IMG/VR virus record: IMGVR_UViG_2595698876_000001
Location: 3,428 to 67,427 of that record
Reading direction: 5' to 3' (one strand)
Length of the DNA stretch: 64,000 nucleotides
From: a virus
Taxonomy: Duplodnaviria; Heunggongvirae; Uroviricota; Caudoviricetes; Herelleviridae
Shown: piece after piece, positions 17,005-26,355 of the stretch
Position numbering within the stretch: position 1 is the stretch's first letter
Layout of the letters: each line of letters begins with the position of its first letter
The notes under the pieces: generated by a model
The model's input: only the letters and a program-made list of their open reading frames with translations
The model's database searches: none
Told to the model about the DNA's origin: nothing
Program-made: the position numbers and the translations under genes

Positions 17005-17721
17005 TTAAACCTCGTTTTTGTATGTACCTAACTTGTCCGCAAATGTAGAGAACTCCCCGCGATAGTTTTTAGTTAACTCCGCGAACTCCACACCTTCGAA
17101 CTCCCCACTTAATCTACCTTGTTTGAAATGGTGAATCAGAGCTGAGAATCCAGAATCTTTTTGTTTAATGTCAATCTGACCTGTATGACCAATCATTGCT
17201 ATATAACAGCTATCTGTGCAGCGCGTTAATGTTTTCTTGATTTCCTCTAGTGTTCCGTTCTGTATCTCATCCACAATAATACCTGCGTTTTCTATTGTTC
17301 TACCACGCAAGAATGTATGAGGTACAACTTTGAACTCGAAATCATTGAATGAACTTGTCATCAGTTCTAGATTTAAGTATTGCGGATTCACTCCAGCTTC
17401 CGTAAGCGCCTGATAAAATGGAACTGCATACTCTCCTATCTTATCAGCAATACCTCCCGGTAAGTATCCTACCGAGCGTTCTTGTACTGGGAATACAACG
17501 TAATAAATTTTATTTATGTACTCTTTCTTTTTTAAAGCGTTCATAGCCTGTGTTAATACAGTCGTTTTACCTGTACCCGCTTTCGCATTAGTGATAATAC
17601 GTTTATGCTTGTACAATTTCTCAACCATATCTTCTTGCTCTCTATCTAATTTCTTTATGTATGGGAAATCCTTTTCGCTTAGTTTACTCAACGTAAGTCG
17701 TTCTTGCTTCGCCATAAACAT
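17005..17721 (-). CDS. phoH: PhoH-like ATPase
   Basis: AKAGTGKT, GYLPG, LRGRT, IVDEIQN, GHTGQID motifs. Confidence 0.92.
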   Translation of the reverse strand: MFMAKQERLTLSKLSEKDFPYIKKLDREQEDMVEKLYKHKRIITNAKAGTGKTTVLTQAMNALKKKEYINKIYYVVFPVQERSVGYLPGGIADKIGEYAVPFYQALTEAGVNPQYLNLELMTSSFNDFEFKVVPHTFLRGRTIENAGIIVDEIQNGTLEEIKKTLTRCTDSCYIAMIGHTGQIDIKQKDSGFSALIHHFKQGRLSGEFEGVEFAELTKNYRGEFSTFADKLGTYKNEV

Positions 17722-17803
17722 TCTCCTTTAGATTTATTGAACTCCTTACTTTTATTATATCATATTCCCGTTCGTAGCGGTTCCTCCTCTCTCTTATACA
17801 CTT

Positions 17804-17832
17804 ATAGTACACTAGTAATTACAGAAAGTCAA
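17804..17832 (-). promoter_or_regulatory. sigmaA-type promoter upstream of phoH
   Basis: TTGACT-17-TACTAT. Confidence 0.7.
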
Positions 17833-17857
17833 CAAGTAAAATAAAAAAACTACTAAA

Positions 17858-18223
17858 TTAATTAGTAGTTTCTAGTTTTGCATCTATTAATGATAGAATA
17901 GCGTCGAAATCAGTGAACTTACTGAACCCGAATACAAACTCCAATCCACCATGACCGCCCGCATTCATTTCTTCCACTGTAACCGGACAACCATATTCTT
18001 TATTTTTTCGAATCGCACGAGCCAATAAGATGAAGTCCGTTGTTTCTACGAAAGCTTCCTCAAGTGCAGCAGAAGGGATGAAAACGCTATGTTCCGATTT
18101 AACCGCTCCTAATGTCTCGCGTTTACTATAACCAATGACTGCATCTCGTAAATATTCAATCAAGTTACGAGGTTTTTCGTTCTTTTTAATATCGTCTGAT
18201 AAGATAATCTCTTTCGGTTCCAT
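17858..18223 (-). CDS. hypothetical protein (121 aa)
   Basis: AGGAGG SD. Confidence 0.75.
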   Translation of the reverse strand: MEPKEIILSDDIKKNEKPRNLIEYLRDAVIGYSKRETLGAVKSEHSVFIPSAALEEAFVETTDFILLARAIRKNKEYGCPVTVEEMNAGGHGGLEFVFGFSKFTDFDAILSLIDAKLETTN

Positions 18224-18232
18224 GTTTACCTC

Positions 18233-18979
18233 CTACGCGTTGTTAACAACTAATTGAATTTTTGCATCTTCCGTTTTACCTTGTTTCTTTTCCTCTTGGT
18301 CATCCGGGAAGTTGTTTTCACACCATTCTTTGTAGTTCTCTTTCTTAACAAACGCAATGATGAACGCAATCTCTGAACCTTCTAATCCAGTATTGATAGA
18401 TGATACACCTGTAGGTGGGTTTCCTGTACCGTCGTCTGTAATAACCATTACATCTGCGCCTAAATCCACTACATGCCCTGCTCGTACATGCTCCGCAAAT
18501 AAGTCACGTAAAACTTTCATATTAGCTCCGTAGTCGATACCTTTGCGGAATACTTCTTTATGTAATTCTGGGTCATCATGCCAATTACTTACAATTTGCA
18601 TAAAGTGTGCTTCTCTTGATTCGTCCTGTGCCGGGTAATACGTGAACTGATAATCGTTAAATCGGTTCTTAGCTAATTTCGTTAACGACGCGATAATCTC
18701 TGCGTAGTCTGTAATAGATGCCTTTCGTGATACTAAATCTGTTAAACTTAATTTATTTGTTGTTACTTTTACTTCTGTCATTTTATTATCTCTCCTTAAA
18801 TTGTCTTTTATTTCGCTTAAAGCGTTTAGCGCACCTTTTATAGATGCGGCGTAATCAGTATCTTCTCTATGCTCTTTCACGGATTTTTTAAAACCGAAAA
18901 ATACAACTAGAGTATAGATGAACAATGCTACTATAATAGCTTTCACGAGTAGTATGTTGTATTCAACGGGCGGGTACAA
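18233..18979 (-). CDS. hypothetical protein, possible membrane-anchored long form and soluble short form
   Basis: TTG 18977-18979 (AAGGGA SD) and in-frame AAGGAG-ATG at 18779-18781. Confidence 0.65.
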   Translation of the reverse strand: MYPPVEYNILLVKAIIVALFIYTLVVFFGFKKSVKEHREDTDYAASIKGALNALSEIKDNLRRDNKMTEVKVTTNKLSLTDLVSRKASITDYAEIIASLTKLAKNRFNDYQFTYYPAQDESREAHFMQIVSNWHDDPELHKEVFRKGIDYGANMKVLRDLFAEHVRAGHVVDLGADVMVITDDGTGNPPTGVSSINTGLEGSEIAFIIAFVKKENYKEWCENNFPDDQEEKKQGKTEDAKIQLVVNNA

Positions 18980-18980
18980 C

Positions 18981-19193
18981 TCAACTTGTCCCTTTGAATG
19001 CACTCGACAGTTTATCGTAAATCAGCATAGCGACACCGATAGGTATGCAAATTATTAATAAAATTGCTGTGATACCCATTACGAATAAAGTAATCGTGAT
19101 TGCTAGTATTATTAATGAAGCTGTAAATATAATCTCTACTATCCATGTTAACACTTGGTATAGAAACAGAACTGCTAGGTCAAGTATGAACAT
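18981..19193 (-). CDS. small membrane protein (70 aa)
   Basis: Almost entirely hydrophobic; GAGG SD. Confidence 0.7.
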   Translation of the reverse strand: MFILDLAVLFLYQVLTWIVEIIFTASLIILAITITLFVMGITAILLIICIPIGVAMLIYDKLSSAFKGTS

Positions 19194-19265
19194 TTACTCA
19201 CCTCTATGTATTCTTCATTATTTCCACTTGTCATATTTAACCACCCTTATTTTTATTATAACATA

Positions 19266-19550
19266 TTATAGAGCTAGAGATAGTTGCCCTTCCTCTTCTT
19301 CTAATGTAACAGGTTCTATCTCTTCGCTTATTTCTTCTTTAATAGGTTCTTTATGTAAAGTGCCATCTGCATTAATCCATCTACCGCCAGATTCATATGT
19401 ACGTGTTTCGATAATTTCATAGTCTTGGAAAATGCCACGCTTGTCCATTTCTACCGGAATCTTATTCATCGCCTCCTTTACATCCTTACCAGCATTTGTA
19501 AATAAATGCACTTTACCATTCTCTGTTTTTACATCAAATTGAAATAACAT
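19266..19550 (-). CDS. hypothetical protein (94 aa)
   Basis: AAGGAGG SD; follows promoter. Confidence 0.75.
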   Translation of the reverse strand: MLFQFDVKTENGKVHLFTNAGKDVKEAMNKIPVEMDKRGIFQDYEIIETRTYESGGRWINADGTLHKEPIKEEISEEIEPVTLEEEEGQLSLAL

Positions 19551-19573
19551 CGTTATCTCCTCCTTATGAATCT

Positions 19574-19603
19574 ATCTTATCATCATAGTTTTCTAAAAGT
19601 CAA
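19574..19603 (-). promoter_or_regulatory. sigmaA-type early promoter
   Basis: TTGACT-18-TAAGAT with TGn extension. Confidence 0.65.
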
Positions 19604-19618
19604 CAAGTTTTTTACATA

Positions 19619-19643
19619 AAAAAAGAAGCCCCGAAGGACTTCT
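19619..19643 (-). terminator. intrinsic terminator after endolysin
   Basis: AGAAGTCC-TTCG-GGGCTTCT followed by T run. Confidence 0.85.
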
Positions 19644-19649
19644 AATCTC

Positions 19650-20588
19650 TTACTCCTCTACGAAGTTAATGTAAGATGAGTCGTTGTATACCCACTGATT
19701 TCCACCTAAGTTTAACCAGCCGTTTTGTTTTGCCCAAACGATGTACGATTCACCGAAATTTAACTTACGGATGATAGAGTACCCAGTACCAGCACCGCTA
19801 CGTAAGTTCACGTTATTACCACGGATGTAAGCTGTACCGATTGGTTCTCCACTAGCTGATGGCTTTTCCACTGGTTTAGAAACTCCAGCAGCGCGCTCGA
19901 AGCGAACGAATGAAGAATCGTTTTTAACCCATTGGTCGCCACCTAAGTTTAACCAACCATTTACTTCCGCCCAAACGATGTACGATTCTGGAGCGTTTAA
20001 TTTACGAATTACGTCGTACCCTGTTCCAGCACCTTTACGTAAGTTCACGTTTGTTCCAGTTATGTATGCTGTACCGATTGAACCGTCAGAGTTTGTTCCG
20101 CCACTAGAGCCTCCAGAACCTCCGCCGTTATCTACTGCACCGCCATTGTCCGCAGGTGGTTTTTGTCCGCCTACTACATCGTATAACTCGAAGTGAGGGT
20201 AATCTTTGAACGAAACCCAGTCTCCGCCCCATTTGAAGCCTTGACCTTTCATTGCTGCGATAACCTTACGGAAATTACCTTCAACTGTCCAGATTACGTC
20301 AGAGCCATCTTGTGTGTACAAGCATAAGTCTACCGCTACTCCGTAGTTATGGTTCGATTGTCCGCCTCGTGCATTTGTTACGATGTTACCCGGTTTAGTA
20401 CGACCTTGTGCGTATAAAGCATCCTGTTCAGCAAATGAACGGAAACCTTGCGCTACACAGATATAGATACCTTGTGCATGCATTTGCGTAATAACAGCGC
20501 GGGTACGGTCTGCTACGTCTTTACGCATACCTGAGATAGTTAACTTACGGTTCGCCTTGTCGATTAAAGTTTGTAATGACATTGCCAT
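19650..20588 (-). CDS. endolysin: L-Ala-D-Glu peptidase (M15/VanY-type) with two SH3b domains
   Basis: RSFAEQ, SNHNYGVAVD, DYPHFE zinc motifs; GGSS linker; duplicated NVNLRxGAGTGY...GWLNLGG domain; LysB4-like N-terminus (recalled). Confidence 0.92.
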   Translation of the reverse strand: MAMSLQTLIDKANRKLTISGMRKDVADRTRAVITQMHAQGIYICVAQGFRSFAEQDALYAQGRTKPGNIVTNARGGQSNHNYGVAVDLCLYTQDGSDVIWTVEGNFRKVIAAMKGQGFKWGGDWVSFKDYPHFELYDVVGGQKPPADNGGAVDNGGGSGGSSGGTNSDGSIGTAYITGTNVNLRKGAGTGYDVIRKLNAPESYIVWAEVNGWLNLGGDQWVKNDSSFVRFERAAGVSKPVEKPSASGEPIGTAYIRGNNVNLRSGAGTGYSIIRKLNFGESYIVWAKQNGWLNLGGNQWVYNDSSYINFVEE

Positions 20589-20625
20589 TCTACTTCCACT
20601 CCTTATTTTTTATTTACTACTCTAC

Positions 20626-20635
20626 TAATATAAAA
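20626..20635 (-). promoter_or_regulatory. late-promoter motif variant
   Basis: TTTTATATTA upstream of endolysin. Confidence 0.5.
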
Positions 20636-20673
20636 GATAGGGATAATTACTCCCTACCTCTATTATACCATAC

Positions 20674-21177
20674 TTAGACTACCGCAGCTCCCGTCGCGTC
20701 CACCCATCCGTTGTTATCTTTGTTACGCCAGATAGGTTTATTCAACGTAGTATCGAAGAACGGTTGTCCTACGTATGTTCCTGTTGTTGGTCGTGCAGCT
20801 CCAGATGTGATTAAAGGTACCGTCACCTTTCCAGTAGCGTCAGGGTTATTACCATTTACAGATTGCACAAGACCAGTTACCTTTCCGTTTGCATCCGGGG
20901 TCAAGCTACTATTAATAGTTTTTACAAACCCAGTCGTACTAGGGATTGTAATTTTCACATCACCATCTGTACCCGGCTTTGTACCGTTAACACTCTTGAC
21001 CATTCCTTTAATGTCGTCCTTCGTTGCGAAGTCCCCGGTAGGAGCGCCATCTACTTGCACGTTACCTTTGTCGTCCGGAGCTTTACCATTTACTGTTTTA
21101 ACAGCACTTAGTAAGTCAATCTCCATCTCTCTTATTTTCTTTTCCGGGGAGCCATCATACATACTATCTCTAAGCAT
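20674..21177 (-). CDS. fibre/decoration-like virion protein (167 aa)
   Basis: Four V(K/Q)x(V/I)NG...PD..G repeats; C-terminal RPT..VGQPFFDTTLNKPIW..WVDATG module. Confidence 0.6.
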   Translation of the reverse strand: MLRDSMYDGSPEKKIREMEIDLLSAVKTVNGKAPDDKGNVQVDGAPTGDFATKDDIKGMVKSVNGTKPGTDGDVKITIPSTTGFVKTINSSLTPDANGKVTGLVQSVNGNNPDATGKVTVPLITSGAARPTTGTYVGQPFFDTTLNKPIWRNKDNNGWVDATGAAVV

Positions 21178-21212
21178 TTTCTAGTCCCTTCCTTTCCTTT
21201 TTTCTACTGTAC

Positions 21213-21222
21213 TAATATAACA
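21213..21222 (-). promoter_or_regulatory. late-promoter motif
   Basis: TGTTATATTA. Confidence 0.7.
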
Positions 21223-21237
21223 GTAGTTTGGAAAATT

Positions 21238-23034
21238 CTAGTAACCTTTATTGAAAATGTCTGTAGATTGAGGTCGCATAATGTCTACCGTTGTATATGC
21301 AAAAGCGTTTTCTTGCTCTTTCGTTATGTACGGTTCCAGTACGTGTTCCATACCAACCATAGAGTATACAGAAGACTGAGCAAAATGGTCGTCACCTTTG
21401 TCCATAATAATCTGATAAATTGCTTTTGTTTTCTCATCTTCTTCATCTCGAATTACCACGTTTTTCCAATGTTCCAGATATAAAGCTAGTTCTCTATCCA
21501 TTGTGTTATAGAATCCTAGACGACCCATCTTCATATCAGAAATATGTTTTTTATTTTGTGTTAGTTTATCGACTGTAACCATGTTACGTTGCTCTGACCA
21601 TACCGGGTTAATTTGCCCAGTAGAACGAGGGTTCGGGTTAACTTTAACACCGTAAGCTACACCAGCACCGAAATGTTGGATTAACTTGTCCACGTAGTTA
21701 CCAGAGTCACCAATATCGGCACAGATAATATCGGGTTGGTAAGGGATTAGTTCAACTATGATTCTCTCTAAATCCGCCTCGATGTTTGCTACACCTCTAG
21801 CTCGTTCAACAGAGAACATACGTAGCATGTCGATACGTCCGTCATCTTTAAATCCACGAACTGTAACCCAGTGACGATTACCCCAGTCAATACCTACAGA
21901 AATGAATCGGTAGTCTCCTCTATTCATTAGTGGAGCTGAGTAGTAATCGCGCATGTTGTTTGTGATATCTCTATCTTGAACAGCTAATGCAACATCCTGA
22001 TACGGATAACCTAACACGTAGTTGTAGAAATGCTGTTTAGATTTCGCTTCTAATTCCTTACGTTTTAAAGCATCGGCACTAAACCATACCGCATTTAACT
22101 GTGTGATTAAGTATCCGCGAGTACCTTGATTGTTAATACTTCTATCCGGGAACTCTGCTACCCATTCTCCGTTGTACCATCTGTCTAACGTCTTACCGCA
22201 TTTCTGACAAACGAATCGGTATGTACCATCTCGAACTGTTTGAGCAAGAACATCTACGCCGCTCTCATCCATACATTCGATGTTTTTATCGTAATCTAGT
22301 TGTTGACGCATGCCGCAATGTTCACACTTATGCATGTACACGCGTTTATCAGAACGGTCATACAGGTCATGGATACCAAAGTTAGGTACCGTAGGTGTTG
22401 ACCATCTTCGTAAAATACCATATTGAGATGAAGACATAGACTCCATCGCAGAGATTTCCGCCGAACTATTTACACGGTCATACTCATCCAGTGATAGATA
22501 ATCGATATCGACACCCTCTACCGCAGCGCCCTTACTAGAAGAACGGAACAGCATGAAGCTATTTCTAATTTTTTTCTTTTCTAACGAGTCAATCTTAGGG
22601 TCAGAAATAGTAGCATAATAACCTTTCTCAAGTAATGGGTTAATACGCGTCGTTACAAAGTCCTTCATTTGTCGGTTCGTAGGGAACGTGTAGAGGCATT
22701 TTACGCCCGCATAGGAGTGTAGGTCTGCAAACCATAACATCTCGCCTACACCGACCTCTGATAGCCCTAACTGACGGGATTTAATTACCGCCTTGTTAGG
22801 ATGCGTATCATTGATGATTTCTGTTTGCCACGGTCTGTGCGCTTGCGCTCGTAATGAGTCCTTGCCTCTAACGTGGAAGGTAATCGGGTGACCTTTTACC
22901 GAGTGGTTCTTTAATAGATAAGACGAACAGTTTAACATCGTCAATACATAAGCTAGTTCGTCTTTTGATAACTCCGTCCTACCGAACGTTTGTTTAGCTA
23001 TGTTCTGTATCATTTCTCCTGTTAGATTATTCAT
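21238..23034 (-). CDS. terL: terminase large subunit
   Basis: KSRQLGLSE Walker A, LSLDEYD Walker B, GIDWG and DDHF nuclease motifs; uninterrupted. Confidence 0.95.
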   Translation of the reverse strand: MNNLTGEMIQNIAKQTFGRTELSKDELAYVLTMLNCSSYLLKNHSVKGHPITFHVRGKDSLRAQAHRPWQTEIINDTHPNKAVIKSRQLGLSEVGVGEMLWFADLHSYAGVKCLYTFPTNRQMKDFVTTRINPLLEKGYYATISDPKIDSLEKKKIRNSFMLFRSSSKGAAVEGVDIDYLSLDEYDRVNSSAEISAMESMSSSQYGILRRWSTPTVPNFGIHDLYDRSDKRVYMHKCEHCGMRQQLDYDKNIECMDESGVDVLAQTVRDGTYRFVCQKCGKTLDRWYNGEWVAEFPDRSINNQGTRGYLITQLNAVWFSADALKRKELEAKSKQHFYNYVLGYPYQDVALAVQDRDITNNMRDYYSAPLMNRGDYRFISVGIDWGNRHWVTVRGFKDDGRIDMLRMFSVERARGVANIEADLERIIVELIPYQPDIICADIGDSGNYVDKLIQHFGAGVAYGVKVNPNPRSTGQINPVWSEQRNMVTVDKLTQNKKHISDMKMGRLGFYNTMDRELALYLEHWKNVVIRDEEDEKTKAIYQIIMDKGDDHFAQSSVYSMVGMEHVLEPYITKEQENAFAYTTVDIMRPQSTDIFNKGY

Positions 23035-23453
23035 TAGAATGTCCCCTCATTTTCTGCATTCTGAGCTATGTCCATATTTCTGATTAGGTCTGCTACATCG
23101 TTCATATCCATTGTAGATACATCGATTTTACCTTCCTCATCCGCCGCCATCTTACCGTCACGAACCATATCATCCACAACTTTCTCTTGGCGCATGTTAA
23201 TTTCTGGTAACATTCCAGCTCCTTGTTGACCGTTCATCATTTCGTCGATACCATTAAGTTCCTTATAAGCTCCTAACACGCGGATAGCATCAGCGATGTT
23301 ATCAATAGGAATCTCACCCATTTCTAACTTCTTAATGAACTGTTTCATAGAAGACGAGAATGCGGAGTTTAACGTATCACGTAATTCTTCTTGTGAATCA
23401 AACACACTATTCTTCTTCTTTATACCTTTCTTTATGTTGTTCGCCATTGACAT
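23034..23453 (-). CDS. probable terminase small subunit
   Basis: Coupled (TAATG) directly upstream of TerL; 139 aa, helical. Confidence 0.55.
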   Translation of the reverse strand: MSMANNIKKGIKKKNSVFDSQEELRDTLNSAFSSSMKQFIKKLEMGEIPIDNIADAIRVLGAYKELNGIDEMMNGQQGAGMLPEINMRQEKVVDDMVRDGKMAADEEGKIDVSTMDMNDVADLIRNMDIAQNAENEGTF

Positions 23454-23727
23454 CTTGCAGTTCCCCTTTCTGTTTTAGTACACGATAGCATGAGTTAACA
23501 TCCTTGCAGATGTGGATATGTACAATATCACTTAACTCGAATCGTATCTGGTTTTGTGTTGTTATGTATTTTTGCGTTTGTCTTGAAAGAGCAGATAGCG
23601 GTCTTCCACATATGGAGCATAATCTTGGTGTGAAGACTCGTCTATCTCCTTTTTTAAACTCTCTGTATTTTTCTGAATTTTGAAATAATTTACGTCGCTT
23701 TTCGACAACCTCCCTTTTCGTTATCAT
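23407..23727 (-). CDS. conserved-type Cys/His protein of the terminase operon (106 aa)
   Basis: CSICGR...HICKDVNSC. Confidence 0.7.
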   Translation of the reverse strand: MITKREVVEKRRKLFQNSEKYREFKKGDRRVFTPRLCSICGRPLSALSRQTQKYITTQNQIRFELSDIVHIHICKDVNSCYRVLKQKGELQDVNGEQHKERYKEEE

Positions 23728-24251
23728 TCATCGTCTAGCTCCTCATCGAAGCGCTGGTCTACCTTTTCTAACAGCTCTTCGTAAGCGTACAGTCTGTCGT
23801 CAAGGAATACATCGGAATCATCAATGTCTTCGTAAACAGCAGCAGAATAAAGGAAAGGGAGTTCTAGGATTAGCTCGTCCAAAACAATGTCGATAACATC
23901 AGATGAAAATACGATTCCATAGTTGATGAATTGGCTCATTAAATGTCCTTCATATTTATCTCTTAATTTATCTACAATCTCATGTTCAGTATCTCCTACT
24001 GTATCTCTGTAGTCCTTTTGAAAATCTGCATAATCGTAAGCCATATGTGTAATAGTCATTGTAACCGCTGCTTCCACATCTTTTAAAATATTAGATACGA
24101 ATGTAGGGTCTACCTTAATTCCTGTTTCTGTTCTATATCCGGGTGCTACAATTTGCGATTCGTTTTCAAAAATGAGCATGATTGTTGTTTTAGCGTAATC
24201 TTGTGTAGAGCTTAAAAAATTCTCCATCTCTCTTTCCGTCATTTCAAACAT
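23724..24251 (-). CDS. hypothetical protein (175 aa)
   Basis: ORF track; acidic. Confidence 0.75.
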   Translation of the reverse strand: MFEMTEREMENFLSSTQDYAKTTIMLIFENESQIVAPGYRTETGIKVDPTFVSNILKDVEAAVTMTITHMAYDYADFQKDYRDTVGDTEHEIVDKLRDKYEGHLMSQFINYGIVFSSDVIDIVLDELILELPFLYSAAVYEDIDDSDVFLDDRLYAYEELLEKVDQRFDEELDDE

Positions 24252-24253
24252 AG

Positions 24254-24550
24254 CTATTTACCGCCTTTCTTCTCCGTATGTGTATTGATAAAAATCGTAT
24301 CATATCTTCGCATTGCCTGATTAATTGTTACACTTAATTCTTTTTGTAACTTCATCGCGTTTCTCGTTAGGATATATTCATAGATTCCTAAAGCGACAAA
24401 TGCGAGGATAGTCCCTGTAATAAAATACGACAGCGTTGAACGTTCTACCACGATACCTCCTAGACTTAAAAGTGATGCGATACCAAACCCTACCGCTTGT
24501 ACTACAACAACTAGTAAGATTTTATCTCTTAAACTTTTTTCTACTTTCAC
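24254..24550 (-). CDS. two-TM membrane protein (holin candidate)
   Basis: Two hydrophobic helices; first gene after late promoter. Confidence 0.6.
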   Translation of the reverse strand: MKVEKSLRDKILLVVVVQAVGFGIASLLSLGGIVVERSTLSYFITGTILAFVALGIYEYILTRNAMKLQKELSVTINQAMRRYDTIFINTHTEKKGGK

Positions 24551-24592
24551 GGGCTACTCTACCTCCACTTGAGAAATTTTTTGGTACTACCC

Positions 24593-24638
24593 TAATATAG
24601 TAGTTATCCAAAAAATATCAGTACGAAGTACTATATTA
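24593..24638. promoter_or_regulatory. back-to-back divergent late promoters
   Basis: TACTATATTA on minus (24593-24602) and plus (24629-24638). Confidence 0.7.
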
Positions 24639-24672
24639 GTACTGATAAATCTCTAGGAAGAGGGTAATTACA

Positions 24673-24963
24673 ATGGTATATTTCGTGCTGTCTATTGCCT
24701 TTACCCTAATCTTCTACCTCGTAGCTTCTTATATGTCATATATTACTGCATCCATTCTTCATCGAGGTATAATTTTTCGTTTGATTATTCCAACTGTAAA
24801 AGCTGTCATGTTTATTACAATTGTCTATACCTCTATTATAGCAGATATCGTACTATTCAACGGCGGCAAGTACGAAACCGTCGCGTTCAAAAACGGTGTC
24901 ATGTCTACGGTTGTAGTTACTTCTCTAACAACGAACAAAGGAGAAAGGGGGAGGAAAAAATGA
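24673..24963 (+). CDS. two-TM membrane protein (96 aa)
   Basis: GAGGG SD; hydrophobic segments. Confidence 0.7.
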   Translation: MVYFVLSIAFTLIFYLVASYMSYITASILHRGIIFRLIIPTVKAVMFITIVYTSIIADIVLFNGGKYETVAFKNGVMSTVVVTSLTTNKGERGRKK

Positions 24964-25322
24964 TTCCCGCAGGAAACATAAGAAATATTGATGTAAAAGG
25001 CGAATTATGTGAGCTTATTGACAATATGGTGAATGGTCACCGAACAAGTTTCCATATGTATACAATTCATCGATTGATGTCTTTAAGCCTGTTAAATAGC
25101 TATGAATTTAAATATCTGGAAACACCAGAAAGTGATTGGATTCGAGTACAGATAACTTTCGATAATGAAAAATCTGTTAAAATAGGAATTAACACATGTT
25201 CTCAATATGGTCAGATAGAGGATGAGGACAGCCTTGCAGTTTTAAAAGAGTTATCAGAGCATAAAACAAGTGAAGAAGGGAAGGGAACAGTTAGCAAAGG
25301 ATTTTTAACATTCAGTAGATAA
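24960..25322 (+). CDS. hypothetical protein (120 aa)
   Basis: GGAGG SD; ATGA overlap. Confidence 0.75.
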   Translation: MIPAGNIRNIDVKGELCELIDNMVNGHRTSFHMYTIHRLMSLSLLNSYEFKYLETPESDWIRVQITFDNEKSVKIGINTCSQYGQIEDEDSLAVLKELSEHKTSEEGKGTVSKGFLTFSR

Positions 25323-25338
25323 AAAAGAGAAAGGTGGA

Positions 25339-25665
25339 TTGGTCATGACTAATCAACAAGAATTTGAGTACAGATTAAAAGAGATAGAAAACGTACTGAA
25401 AGAACATGCCGAAGAATCCGAAGATATGCAAAAGGTATTAGAGGAACTTCAAGCTATCGTTCGAGACATTGACAAAAACGCAGCTATCAACGAAGAAAAA
25501 CAATCCAACCTAATCTACCGAATTGACCTCCTACATCAAAAGTTAGCAACATTAGAAACAAGAGGCGAGAAGGGTACGGATAAACAACGTGCGTTAGTCG
25601 AGAATGCCCTTATGGTTGTATTAGGTGGTATCTTAAGTTACATATTCAGTTTATCTCAAAAATAA
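25339..25665 (+). CDS. coiled-coil protein with C-terminal TM (XhlA-like architecture)
   Basis: Heptads then LMVVLGGILSYIFSL. Confidence 0.7.
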   Translation: MVMTNQQEFEYRLKEIENVLKEHAEESEDMQKVLEELQAIVRDIDKNAAINEEKQSNLIYRIDLLHQKLATLETRGEKGTDKQRALVENALMVVLGGILSYIFSLSQK

Positions 25666-25674
25666 GAAAGGAAG

Positions 25675-25914
25675 TTGAACATGGCAGTAAAAAAAGACGT
25701 AGAAGTAACCCTAATGAACGGAATGATTGCATTCATCCCCGAGGAGGCTTTCCTTACAGCAGGAATCGCAGACACACCGGAATCGGTAATCGGTAACGCT
25801 GTTCGTGGTAGTCGTTCGCCAGTATTCCATGTAAACACAAAAGCAGACATGACAGGAGATTGGTTGTACGTAATTGCACAAAATATCCTAAGTTTCAAGG
25901 TGACGCATAAATAA
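25675..25914 (+). CDS. hypothetical protein (79 aa)
   Basis: AAGGA SD. Confidence 0.7.
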   Translation: MNMAVKKDVEVTLMNGMIAFIPEEAFLTAGIADTPESVIGNAVRGSRSPVFHVNTKADMTGDWLYVIAQNILSFKVTHK

Positions 25915-25933
25915 AATAAAATAGGGAATAGTA
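25913..25933 (-). repeat. 21-bp repeat copy 1 (inverted)
   Basis: Reverse complement TACTATTCCCTATTTTATTTT, identical to 26951-26971. Confidence 0.85.
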
Positions 25934-25935
25934 AA

Positions 25936-25964
25936 AAGACCAGTTTGTGCGGCTGGTCTTTTTT
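25936..25964. terminator. bidirectional terminator between convergent genes
   Basis: AAGACCAG...CTGGTCTT flanked by A and T runs. Confidence 0.8.
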
Positions 25965-26355
25965 AATGTACGCAGCCAGTTTCTAATTCTAGCAAGCAGC
26001 CGTGTACATAGTTCATAATGTGTACTCCTAGTATCCTTGAAAATTCTAGTCCATTTATATTTTCGTAGTAGTCCATCTTTTTTTCTATCGTATATTGAAT
26101 AATGTATATTAACGAATCGTCTATAGGTTTACCAATAAATTCGTCTAGCGCCTCCTTTAGCTTAGTTTCTACAATGAATTTAAGTATAAAATTATTGATT
26201 GCCCTTGTAATCATTTCTTTCCTTTCCCCATTTTCTATAATACCTAGTACTGAGAAATCAAATATTGATAATGTAAGCCTGTTGTATGTGTCTTTTCTAA
26301 CGTTAACTTCTACTCCATATTTACTTATATATTCTATCTCACTAGTTACAAACAC
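25963..26355 (-). CDS. hypothetical protein (130 aa)
   Basis: GGAGGG SD; abuts XRE gene. Confidence 0.7.
   Translation of the reverse strand: MFVTSEIEYISKYGVEVNVRKDTYNRLTLSIFDFSVLGIIENGERKEMITRAINNFILKFIVETKLKEALDEFIGKPIDDSLIYIIQYTIEKKMDYYENINGLEFSRILGVHIMNYVHGCLLELETGCVH

Noticed and set aside
17762-17792. Minus-strand AGGAGG in the phoH leader suggesting an upstream ORF
   Set aside because: Nearest ATG is about 17 nt away and is followed by a stop after two codons.
13390-23034. Possible introns or homing endonucleases in thyA and terL, or an intein in the sheath
   Set aside because: All are continuous ORFs of expected length; no HNH, GIY-YIG or LAGLIDADG ORF seen.
24254-25665. Definite holin assignment
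   Set aside because: Three late membrane proteins are candidates, but none has a motif I can assign.
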